Of a DNA stretch of 64,000 nt, positions 51,489 through 61,577 are shown piece after piece. Positions within the stretch are counted from its first letter, which is position 1; each line of letters opens with the position of its first letter. A program made the position numbers and the translations under genes. The DNA comes from a virus (lineage: Duplodnaviria > Caudoviricetes). Below the pieces are notes generated by a model. It saw only the letters and a list, made by a program, of their open reading frames with translations. It was not told the origin of the DNA and searched no databases. The DNA is taken from positions 1-64,000 of the IMG/VR virus record IMGVR_UViG_3300029288_000001. One strand, written 5' to 3'.

Positions 51489-53415
51489 AATAATGGTTCT
51501 TTCAAGTTTTTTAACTTTTTTATTTATTCCTTAGCGCTAAGATCTGATCTTTTAACGCTTGGTTCTCTTGTAATAACTGTATTTTATCTGAGATCGCAGT
51601 ATTTTGGTTTTTTATAATTTCGTCTAGGTTTTTCGATATTGTTTTATATTGTTCTACGGTTAATTTCAATTGCTCTGTAAGTTCTTGGTTCTCCTTTTTT
51701 AATTTAACGCACATATCTGCGGCGTTGGTCATATCCTTCGCGCATTTCTCTAGCCTTGCCACCAACGCCTCGTTCTCATCGTTGAGTTTCTTTATACGCC
51801 ATTCGCGAGAGTGGATCATTTCCTCGTAGTCCTGTTTAGTGTAATTCATTTAATCCTCCTCCGCTGTTATTCGCGCTTTACAAGCCTTACTCGATTTAAA
51901 CGGACACAAGGTTCCGTAGAAAGTTATTTGAGCGTTTCTACACTTCCCAGAAGGATCTATATGAACACAACCGTTCCCACGCGCAATTCTATATTTCGAT
52001 CTCATTTTATTTTTCCCTCTGTAACTCTTCAATTAACTCTTTTATATATTTCCATTTTACTTTCTCGTCGTCGTCCACGGGAAGTTCCATCAACCTTCGT
52101 ATGAAATCGCTCCGTTCGTTCTGTCCTTTAACTTCCTTAGATATTTCCTTAATCCACTCGTTTATCTCGTGGGGATTCATGTTTTACCTCCTCTTTTTCT
52201 AAATACTCTATGATCCGATCTAGTTTATCGTGGATCGGTTGTAATAGTTTACACGCGTCGCATACATACCCTACGCTGTTGGTCGGATATTCCGTTGGTA
52301 TTTCTCTCTTACACTTCTCGCACGTAGCGTAGTGCTGTAGAGAAACATCGCCGTAGTCTCCCGATGCAATGGCTTCGCCGTTCATGTAATGTATATTACT
52401 ATATCTATCTATATACGCTCCTTTCACGGTTTTTTCTCTCCTCCTCTCGCTTTAGAGCTACATTTTTTACAATAGGTCGTGTTTTTATCGATTTCCTTTG
52501 GGTTAACTCCGTTTTCAATGTGTCCAGATTCGATGTAGAGATCGTAGGATAACGATTGCCCGTGGTTAACGATCCTTTTCTTACAGCCAGGACATCGTTG
52601 CAAGCGGATTCTCTTTCTCATTTCTTAAGATCGCCTCCTACAATATTCTTTATTTCTTCCAAATATTCGCTGTCCGGTAATCGATCGTGGTGGAGGGATC
52701 GTTTAAACCCGCACTTAGTACAGAAGGAATACGCCTCGTTCCCTTCTTTTGGGTGCCATTCGTTGCAGTTTCCACACCATTGAGCGTTAGTTTTTATCTC
52801 CCCTCCGCAGTGTGGGCATACTTGGTCTTCCCACCACTTGATCACGTTCCTTACTTGATCTACGCTCATTTTTTACTCTCCTTTTTTTAAATGATCTTGT
52901 AAACATTGAAAAGAGCAGAAGTCAAATGGATCTTCGCGCATGACTCCTACGGAATTCTTTATAATTCCACGACCTAGTTCTAGGTTTCCTACGCGTAGCC
53001 ATCCTTCTTGGTGATAATTATCCGTTTCTTTTCCACAAACATCGCATCTATATTTCTTGATCTTTGTCATTTACTCTCACCTCTTTTAATTGTTTAATTA
53101 TATCATGTAATTCCACGCCTTCCTTGTGAAAATGTTCGTGAATCTCCGTGCTGAGGTCTCTCGTTAAATTAGATAAACGATCTATATGTTTCGCGAGTTG
53201 CATGAGTAGTGTCTTCATAATCTCTATTTCCGATTCGCTCACGGCGCGCCCTCCTCCTTAATACGAATCTCTTTTACGCCTAACCAATTCATGTGACGGA
53301 AGATCTCTGATTTGTAATACTCCATAAACTCGTCCGTGTTCTCTTGTTTAACTTCAATCGCTAACGAGAGGAGTTGTTCGTACATTTCTCTTAATTCGGT
53401 CATGGTTTGCTCTCG

Positions 53416-54111
53416 CCCCCGAGCTTCTCTAACCTTTCTTCCCGCTCTTTATAGGTCTCGATGGGGTTTCTCTCGATTATATATTTCAACCAACATTCGT
53501 AGCACAGTGATTTATTAAATAACTTCCATGGATCGTCTTTTTCTTTTATTTCTTTTCCACATTTATCACATTTGCTCACGGGTCGCCCGCCTCCTTCTTT
53601 TCTGCTAACAATCGAGCTATACCTATAATGAGAACCATAAGAAATAACCCGTGAGATACTCCACATAAATACCATAGAAATTCGTTAATGGTCACGGTCG
53701 TTTCTAGTCGCCCTCCTCGTCTTCTATATCTTCGTATTCAATACAATCTACGCATAAATATCCGTCGTCGCAGAGAGCATAACTTTCTTTTAGGATGTTT
53801 ATTACATCACCACATTCTACGCATTTCCGCTTTCCGTTAATAACCCAAGTAATTTTCTTTTTGGTCATTTAGTCGCCCCCTTCCACCATCTCTTTTTTAT
53901 CCATATTGCATTTTTATAGCTCACTCTGTTCACCCCCGAGCTTCTCTTGTATATGATCTAAATACATTCTCATAAATATCATAATATCCTGTAATAGATC
54001 ACAATGATCGCATCCAATCGCCTTTTCTAAATATCGATCTTCAAACGATTTCCATTTCAAGATAAAAAAAGAATCTTCTGGTTTCATTTCTGTTCGCCCC
54101 CGAGCTTCTCT
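53416..54111. repeat. Three copies of a 15-nt gene-junction repeat CCCCCGAGCTTCTCT
   Basis: At 53416-53430, 53933-53947 and 54097-54111; each encodes EKLGG near a gene end. Confidence 0.8.
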
Positions 54112-55646
54112 TTTAGTTTCTCGTAGAACTCGTTATAATCGTCGGAACGCGCAAGAACGAGCGAATCTAAGCGTTCGATGTCCTTAGCGACCTCCGCCTT
54201 CATTATGAAGTACTCGCAAGGTTCGCATAATTTACACGGAATATGATTACGATCTGCATTTCTAGGACATTTAGCGATCTTTTCTTCGAGAGAGGGTTCC
54301 GCAACGAAACACGAACATTTATTGTCGTTAACTGGCTTACAACCTTCGAACCGTTTCTTACATCCATTACAAATTTCGTGAGAGGGTTCCGCCGCCGCGC
54401 CCTTCTCTGCTTTCACTTTCTTACACGACTCACAATTACATAAGAGTCCGTGTGCCATGTAAGTCGCAACATCGTCAGAAGAGGGTTCCTTCGGTTTCGA
54501 GTCGGTCTCTTTCTCGTATTCACCACAATTCTTAGAATTAATTGTACTCCACGCGCTCCATGTGTAGGAACATCCGTTCCTTCTTCGACAAGTCAAGCAA
54601 GAGGTCTCGCTCGTGGGTTCCTTCGGTTTCGAGTCGTGTTTGCAACTATCTAAATTATAACACCATTCATCGTTCTCGATGTAAGCTTTATGGCACTCTT
54701 CACAAACCGATTTCTCGCCCGAAGTCTTTAAAAACGATCTAACCTCAAACGGCAATTTAACGCCCGCTTCTGCGCTTCGATCTACTAAACAGATCACGAA
54801 TTTCGGTTGTTTTCCTACTCGTTTGATACAGTCCTCTACGCTCTTTCCCGTAGTGATCACATCGTCGTAGATTATATAATCGCATCCTCTTAGATCAAAG
54901 TTCCAAGTGTCATCTTTAGGAGAATAATACCCATCAATACAGTCAGTTAAGGTGATTGGATGAATCGATTGGATTGCGAATAGTTTTAAACCGTTCCGTA
55001 ATTCTAATATTTTATTCGTTATAATACGAGCGTCCTTGTTTTCTGGCTTGTCTAATAGATCGAACTCGTATTTTCCGTTCAATTTAACTCCGTGCGTGGA
55101 TGTAAACTCTCCTGCTACGAAGTATTTTGAAAAATCAATTAGAGACGAAATTGGAATTGGCGGTTCCATATTCCACTCCGCGAGTCGTTCTACCGATTTC
55201 TCGCGCGAAGGCTCCTTCCCTTCGCAATGCTCTTTGTAATATTTAATAAAGTCTTGATTAACGGATTCGTGTTTATCTACGGTATCTCTGATGATAGAGA
55301 GCGCCCCGCGTAGAACCTTTATTTCTTTATCTTGTTTGTTAAGACGGTTAAATATGTTATCGTAATCTGCCTTAAAGATTAAGACTAAACGATTGTTCGA
55401 AGCACCAACGGGACAAAACCTTTTATTGGCAAGCTCGTCGGGAAGAGATTTAAGCTGGGCTTCCAGCTTCTCAATTGATTGAAACGCTTTTCCAAACGAA
55501 TCTATATAATTTTGCTCGATGGCTCGGATGTCTTTATTCTCTAATTCAGAGACCTTTTCCTCCAGCGCCTTGATACCTAATTGATCTCGGAACAATTCCG
55601 CGCTTTCCTTTTCGATGTAAAATGTGGTCTTCTTAGAATCATTCAT
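54084..55646 (-). CDS. Mosaic protein: coiled coil + orotate-PRTase-like domain + Cys-rich cassettes
   Basis: GEFTSTHG, YIIYDDVITTGKSV (PRPP-binding loop), CLVDRS; EPS/EPT-linked Cys/His modules. Confidence 0.75.
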   Translation of the reverse strand: MNDSKKTTFYIEKESAELFRDQLGIKALEEKVSELENKDIRAIEQNYIDSFGKAFQSIEKLEAQLKSLPDELANKRFCPVGASNNRLVLIFKADYDNIFNRLNKQDKEIKVLRGALSIIRDTVDKHESVNQDFIKYYKEHCEGKEPSREKSVERLAEWNMEPPIPISSLIDFSKYFVAGEFTSTHGVKLNGKYEFDLLDKPENKDARIITNKILELRNGLKLFAIQSIHPITLTDCIDGYYSPKDDTWNFDLRGCDYIIYDDVITTGKSVEDCIKRVGKQPKFVICLVDRSAEAGVKLPFEVRSFLKTSGEKSVCEECHKAYIENDEWCYNLDSCKHDSKPKEPTSETSCLTCRRRNGCSYTWSAWSTINSKNCGEYEKETDSKPKEPSSDDVATYMAHGLLCNCESCKKVKAEKGAAAEPSHEICNGCKKRFEGCKPVNDNKCSCFVAEPSLEEKIAKCPRNADRNHIPCKLCEPCEYFIMKAEVAKDIERLDSLVLARSDDYNEFYEKLKEKLGGEQK

Positions 55647-56724
55647 TTCTTTTTCGTCTCCTTTATTTTCTTTCTTTTAATCCTACACACCCAATCTTCG
55701 TCGCAGTAGCTCCTATATCCGCATCTATCGCACGGAATAAACAACGGAAATAAGTTCTTCTTAGCCCATTCCTGCCCGTGTGGCAGCGGTTCTTTCTTCT
55801 CGGTCATTTCTTCTTTTCCTCATCTTTATATAATTTTTTTCCTAATTCTCGATTAATTTTACTGTCAAAAATATCTAGGATCGGGTGTAGTTTCCCTTTC
55901 TGGCGCAGATCGTTAATATAATCGTCAATAACATCGTCTATATTAGGTTCTCCCGCTAATCTCCGTATTCTTCGCGCTCTTACTTCGTCGAACTCTTTTC
56001 CCAAGAACTTTTTACTCATTCCTTCTCGCCTACTCGTATTATGTATTTACAGATCGGACATTGATATAATCTAACTCCAAACCACATCTCTCCTTGATCG
56101 TCTCTTGACAATGGTATTAAGTCTTTATCGCATTTATGACAATATAATCCAATTGTAATAATCTTCTCGATCGAAAAGCTCATTCCTACCACTCCCAATC
56201 GTCAAATACTGATCGTTTTTTTGGAGGGTCATTAAACCCTTCCATATCTTGTATGATCTCATCTAGAATATCCTCAACGGTTGTCGCCTTCTTGCACTTA
56301 TCGCACCAATAGATCCATTTCTTTTCGTTATCTTTAAATCTTCCTCGATGCACTGTACCTCCGCAAGGACATGGTTTTTTTTGATCGAATAAATCGTTAT
56401 AATTCTCGGTCATTCCTTAACCTCCTCTCTCTAAGTCCATATCCGCCCAATCGGCTTCGCACTCGTAATAATCGTCCGTTTCCTTGAAATTCTTGCATTT
56501 AAACTTTCGCTTTACCATCCATAATGGCATGGTATACGCGCTGCACCAATCGGTGGAGTCTGGACCTTCTGCGTGGCTGCACCGCATGCATAACTGGGCG
56601 CTGTTGTGCCACCTACCGTAGGCTTCTTGCTCGTCTTCTTCATACCTCCTCTGGCATTCGCTACACCACTCGCCCGGCTTGTCCACTCCGTTCTTTCCGC
56701 AATTATCGCATTCAAAGGACATGT

Positions 56725-57024
56725 TCACACCTTCTCGTTTAATTTCCATATTTCTATGATGTTCTTCTTTTCGAACTGGACGCGATCTCCATAGTGTCCA
56801 TAATCGGAGGAGTTTATTGTTCTATTGGCTAACAATCCTTCTATCTTATCGCCGTTTATTTGTGCGACGCTTATCCATAGTCTCTCGCCGTATTTCCCGT
56901 CGTCGTCGGTAAGGATTATCTTAACGAGATCGGCTACTCTAACGGCGTCCTTTTCTTCCTTGGAAGGTATCCAGAAGGTATCTGGGTACTTCCTATGATT
57001 TTCTTCTTCATCTACTATTTTCGT
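56725..57024 (-). CDS. DUF2314/YegJ-like protein (99 aa), ACG start, not in the ORF track
   Basis: (M)KIVDEEENHRKYPDTFWIPSKEEK..VRVADLVKII...GERLWISV...IEGLLAN...GDRVQFEKKNIIEI. No canonical start until a late TTG; preceded by in-frame TAA TAA CCT. Confidence 0.8.
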   Translation of the reverse strand, partial: TKIVDEEENHRKYPDTFWIPSKEEKDAVRVADLVKIILTDDDGKYGERLWISVAQINGDKIEGLLANRTINSSDYGHYGDRVQFEKKNIIEIWKLNEKV

Positions 57025-57608
57025 AGGTTATTATCCCCCCAATAAAAGTTTTCTCATTTCTTCTGGCGTGAGCTCGTTACGAAAGATCTCCTCTCGAATT
57101 AGTCTTATCTCTTCTCTAAGATCGCGGATGATCGCGTTCGATTTGGCTAATTCTCCTTGTAAGCGTTCGTTCTCGAACTTTAATTTTTTATAGGCTAGTT
57201 CCAATTCTTGATATAATCGAATGTTGTTGGAATGGTATTGTTTTGGAGTCATTCGTTCCCCTCCAGATAATCGTCGTAGGTGTCGTTGGAACACTCGCTT
57301 TCGTGCGCGTCCCAACAATCGAAACATAGATCCGCGTCGCAATACTTACAATTATAAGATTTGGAGAGATCCTTTCCGCATTCCGCGCATTTTATAGGCG
57401 GATAATATTTGGTTTTCGCCATTATATTTCACCTCATTCTAAATATAACTTGGTGTAGTAGTCGTCTCCGTTAATACCGTGTTTCTCTAAGAGGTAAGTC
57501 TCTAAATCCAAGAGTATATCGTCTATCACATTGTGGATACCCTTCAAATCAGAAACTTCTTTCTCTTCTTTAAATTCTTCAAACTCTATTTTTATCTTTC
57601 TTACCATT

Positions 57609-57788
57609 CTATATCACTCTTAGTTTCTCTATAATAGTATATAACTTACCCGCTGTTAAATCGTCCACCTTGCCACAGTTTCTTTGGTGCGTGGCGATAA
57701 AGTCCTTAATCACGCATAGCGCGTCTAGCACCAGATCCTGTAGCGTTTCCGTTTTTTCGTTTAACTCGTCTAAACTTAATTCTACCGT
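57609..57788 (-). CDS. Small helical protein (59 aa), ACG start, not in the ORF track
   Basis: GAAGGGA-TAA-AAAA-ACG GTA GAA (MVELSLDEL); fills the gap. Confidence 0.6.
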   Translation of the reverse strand, partial: TVELSLDELNEKTETLQDLVLDALCVIKDFIATHQRNCGKVDDLTAGKLYTIIEKLRVI

Positions 57789-58034
57789 TTTTTTATCCCT
57801 TCTTTTTATAATAATCGTCTATAAAACTAAGAAAACCCTTTATTTTGTTTTTCCACGTCGGTCTTGAAAACACGAGCGCGGTCTTCTCGTCGCTAGGGTC
57901 GTATTCTATGTATTCGAGTTTTCTCCCTCCCGTCGAAGGATCGGTGGTAAGAGTAATAAACGAATCCGATTTTATTATTTCTATTTTTGGCGAGTAGTCT
58001 GGAATGGTATACTCGTTCTCTTTCTTCTCTTCGC

Positions 58035-58169
58035 TCATGCCTTCCACCTCGCTACTATCCACGCCATTAATAAAACTAATAGAAACGCCGCGAGCACGCC
58101 GCACATCGCTCCTATAAACATAACGATCACATCTTCCATGGTAAAACATTCTGTCGCTAGAACGATCGT
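58035..58169 (-). CDS. Small TM protein, probable ACG start
   Basis: GAGGTG + 7 nt + ACG ATC GTT, 1 nt after the upstream TAA; ends in an ATGA overlap. An ATG exists 10 codons in. Confidence 0.5.
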   Translation of the reverse strand, partial: TIVLATECFTMEDVIVMFIGAMCGVLAAFLLVLLMAWIVARWKA

Positions 58170-58629
58170 GTTATACCACCTCGAGCGCTATTAATATGCG
58201 GAGCGCTAACAGCCCGACTAAGAGAATCAAAATTCCTAGAAACATCCATAATCCATACTCTGGCTTACCCGCGCGATAGATCGCTGTGCTGAAATTGACC
58301 CATTGGTGGAGCTGGTCGTGAGTGATCTCCCCCCGCTCGGCTTTTCCTTGCATTTCCACGAACTCGGCGTAGAGCTCTTTTCTTCTCTTATGCATATTCT
58401 TTTCTCTCTTTTAAATTGTTATTTCTTTATTATAAGGTTTTGTTATAATTTGATCGCAGATAGCACATTTTATACTATGCATATTAAAAACCCAGATTTG
58501 TTTATGATTTAAAGATCGCGTTTTACCGCACTTACAAACAATATCGTACTTTCCCGTTTCTTTGTTAAAACATTTTTCTAAATACTCTTTTGTTTCTTGT
58601 TCTTCTTTCGTTAGAATTTGATCGGTCAT

Positions 58630-59370
58630 TTATTCCTCTTCTCCTCCGTTAATAATATCGTCCATTCCCATTTTCTTTAACCTCCATTTAATTAAGAACT
58701 TCTCGAACGGCACTGGGTCGGGCTTCTCGGGCAAGAAAGTATGAGTATACGCCTCGTTAAGCTTGTTCTTCAAGTCCCAGAGCTCTTCCTCCTTGGTAAT
58801 TTCCACCTTCTCGAACATGGGCTTCCCCCACACAAATACGTTGATTCCGAACTTTAACGATCGTCCGATGGTGTTAAGCTTCTTCTTATAAATTAACGAG
58901 TTTCTGTCGATCTCTCTCGTGGGAGCCTTTTCGCCTTTTCTTACCTTTCCCGTGCGCGAGCCCGTGCCAGTTATGAAGTGGTAGATGTTGTGCTCTGCCA
59001 TTCCATTGATCGAGTGAAAGCAGTTCTTCGCAATGGTCTTAATCGCGATCTCTCGTAGCTCGCGCAGCACGGAGCGATATTCGTTTACCACGATCGGAGA
59101 GGTGACCGCCCATAGATAATTTACATTACCCTTAAGGACTTCGCGCACACAGTTTCCTAGATCGCACGATTGCACGTCCGATTCTCGCTCTACGCCGTTG
59201 TAGGTCTCCTTACCCTTATATTCTCGGTTCCGCCTCGTCTGTTGGAGAAGGAAGTCCCTCGAGTCCATAATATAAACCTCGTTGATGTCCAGGTCTGAGG
59301 TCGGTTTTTCCATGCCCCACATATGACTGCCTGTTATAGTTCTAAACGCTAATAAATCGTTCTCTTTCGT
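58630..59370 (-). CDS. Pol-beta-superfamily nucleotidyltransferase (YcgL/Nuc-transf-like); non-AUG start (ACG 59370 or ATA 59373)
   Basis: The RTITGSHMWGMEKPTSDLD signature has its GSH upstream of the first ATG; KGNVNYLWAVTSP; in-frame stop just upstream. Confidence 0.85.
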   Translation of the reverse strand, partial: TKENDLLAFRTITGSHMWGMEKPTSDLDINEVYIMDSRDFLLQQTRRNREYKGKETYNGVERESDVQSCDLGNCVREVLKGNVNYLWAVTSPIVVNEYRSVLRELREIAIKTIAKNCFHSINGMAEHNIYHFITGTGSRTGKVRKGEKAPTREIDRNSLIYKKKLNTIGRSLKFGINVFVWGKPMFEKVEITKEEELWDLKNKLNEAYTHTFLPEKPDPVPFEKFLIKWRLKKMGMDDIINGGEEE

Positions 59371-59752
59371 TATTTTTTATCGCTCTCCTTTTTTTGTGAT
59401 ACCATACCCACGAGTAAGATCATGATACAGATCCAATACGCGTCTTCCGAGATGTTGGTAACTCCTACAGCTTTTAACACAATAAACATTATTTCTATTA
59501 TTAACAACACCCACGCGCCAGCTTCGCTCATTTTTTTTTCATTCTCCTTTCTTTATTCTGGAAACCCATAATAATGGGGTTTTTTCAACTCTATTTTTTC
59601 TAATATAATATAAGAACTAGGAGATGTCCACTCCACTTTCAATTTATACTTCCCGCATAATTGGCAGTATCTAACTTCCGTGCGATCGTCTGGGAACTCC
59701 ACCGCATCTATATTTCCTCCGCACAATGGACAGACATCTAACTCGTCTTCTT

Positions 59753-60193
59753 TCATTTTACTCCCATCAGCTCGTCTCTTACTTTCATTAACAGTTTTCC
59801 GAGCATGTCCTTTCCTTTAACCCCCCAGTATAGGTCCGTAGGCGAATTCTCGTGCAATCTCGCGGGATAGGTCGCGATTAGCTTCGCTTTAAGGTCGGGG
59901 TTCTGGGAAAACTTCGCTCTAAGTCCTTCTAACATCACGTCGTTTTTCATGGCGTCCCAGTTCTCTTTCATATCCTCTTTTCTAAGATTGTGTCCTACGA
60001 CCATCGCGTAGTAAGGAATAGGCGCATTCTTGAGCCACTCGCTAAGCTCTTTTTTATTGGTCTTCACGGATTGGTAAAACACCTCGTTGCAACTATACTC
60101 TTCGTCGCCAATCTTTTGGATCGCGCGTTCGAAGTTAGAAAAACATCCGTTCTTTTCTTTCCTTAAGTAAAAATATACATCTTCTTCTACCAT
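59753..60193 (-). CDS. NADAR family protein
   Basis: GCFSNF, EVFYQSVK, W...KNDVMLEGLRAKFSQNPDLKAKLIAT, ENSPTDLYWG, LGKLLMKVRDEL. Confidence 0.92.
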   Translation of the reverse strand: MVEEDVYFYLRKEKNGCFSNFERAIQKIGDEEYSCNEVFYQSVKTNKKELSEWLKNAPIPYYAMVVGHNLRKEDMKENWDAMKNDVMLEGLRAKFSQNPDLKAKLIATYPARLHENSPTDLYWGVKGKDMLGKLLMKVRDELMGVK

Positions 60194-60601
60194 TTTTTAT
60201 TCCTCCTTATTTTTTAAGTATAACGAATAATGATCCCGCATAGATCGCTTCCTGAGCGTCTTCCACTTCGCGATCACTTTCTTTAACCGTTCTACTTTAT
60301 CGTTGTAAGTGCCCTCTGTCGCCCAGTCTAAGTCTCCTACTATATCGGCGATCACGGACGCGACGAAGCCTTTCCTGTCCGAGTCCTTATACTCTTTAGT
60401 AATGTCTTTGTAATTATACGACCACTCGGTATTGGAGGGGTGTAGACAAGGTTTTATGGTATTACCCTTGATCGTGTGATTAGATGTTTCTAAGCTATAT
60501 TTCTTCCACGGCATTTTTACTCCTCGTCTTTTTTAAGTATGTTTTTTATTATTTAAATAATTTGATTAATAGAATAATATAAAAAAAAATTGAGTTAAGA
60601 G

Positions 60602-61021
60602 TTATGTTTTATACGGTAGTTGTAAATCGGCGCTGGTAATCAATTTACTGAGGTCGATCGTCTCGCGCACGGATTTTATCTGTCCATCGGGTAGTTTTAT
60701 CAACAGCTCGGTAAGGAACTCCTCTTCGATCGTGCGAATGCCAAAGTCTACGCTGGTAAATCGTGCTTTAAGATAATACAGTAACGCGCGGTAAAGCTGT
60801 TGTTTGTAGTTCTCTTGGGTCGGTAGCTTGAATTGTAGTCGGAACCCTCGTTCCACGCCGTTGATCTCTAAGATAAACTCGATCACGCCAGTCTCCGTGT
60901 ATTCCGTAGTCCGTATTCCTTTAAGGTTGTATTTCTGTAAGAACTTGCGGATTTCGCCCTGCGTGTTCGCTACGTCTACTTTAGACCTGTAATACGGTAG
61001 CTCGGAAAACTTCTTCGTCGT
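60602..61021 (-). CDS. Conserved phage-type hypothetical protein, ACG start (MTKKFSELPYY)
   Basis: A 45-codon open extension (SKVDVANTQGEIRKFLQKY) upstream of the GTG, with no canonical start; GAGGCGA SD. Confidence 0.7.
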   Translation of the reverse strand, partial: TTKKFSELPYYRSKVDVANTQGEIRKFLQKYNLKGIRTTEYTETGVIEFILEINGVERGFRLQFKLPTQENYKQQLYRALLYYLKARFTSVDFGIRTIEEEFLTELLIKLPDGQIKSVRETIDLSKLITSADLQLPYKT

Positions 61022-61031
61022 TTCTATCGCC

Positions 61032-61577
61032 TCATATAAGGGTTTCGTCTAAACCTAGGTCTTCCTTCGGTGGTTGTGGTGGTGTAGGATCCGCGCTTGG
61101 TTGGGGAGGAGGCATGTTCATCATAGATTCGAGTAGAGTCCTCATAGCGTCTACGTCGCGTCTCAATGCGGCGAGCTCGGAGAGGATTAGTTCGAAGTAT
61201 CCTTTCGTGGTCTGGGGTGAGCTCGTAGTAGGCGTCACGAAGGTAGGAGTTCCAGGGGGTGCTCCTTTGGGAGGAGGGGGTAAGTTCTTAGATTGTGCCG
61301 AGCCTCCAAACTCTGCGGGAATAGGCGTAGGAATAGGTTTTGTGTCGTTGTATTTGTTCTTGTATCTTTCGTAGTCCTTCTCTGGACCCCATTTTACCGT
61401 AGCGTTATCCGCTATTCGAAAGATCACGGTCTGGAGCTTTTCGTAGTTCTTTGGGAAGGCGTCTAAGATGTCATTAGTTTGTATCCACGCCATTTGTCCT
61501 TTCCCGTCTCCAATTCCTACGACGCTTTTTCCGTTTGGTTTTATCCAGATCGCGATCCCTCGTTCTAGTTTAACCAT
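61032..61577 (-). CDS. Hypothetical protein with Pro-rich linkers
   Basis: ORF track. Confidence 0.6.
   Translation of the reverse strand: MVKLERGIAIWIKPNGKSVVGIGDGKGQMAWIQTNDILDAFPKNYEKLQTVIFRIADNATVKWGPEKDYERYKNKYNDTKPIPTPIPAEFGGSAQSKNLPPPPKGAPPGTPTFVTPTTSSPQTTKGYFELILSELAALRRDVDAMRTLLESMMNMPPPQPSADPTPPQPPKEDLGLDETLI

Noticed and set aside
53577-53702. Additional ACG start for a small TM gene
   Set aside because: An in-frame GTG lies two codons downstream, so ACG is not required.
54290-54636. CRISPR array
   Set aside because: The repeats are short, non-uniform and in frame within an ORF, with spacers of about 80-110 nt. No cas operon; the Cas4-like gene is solitary.
28849-59373. TAA read-through or stop-codon reassignment explaining the start-less ORFs
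   Set aside because: TAA, TAG and TGA all end well-defined genes. 57024 follows a double stop, and many cases (32397, 38225, 38858, 46184, 47654) are out of frame with the upstream gene.
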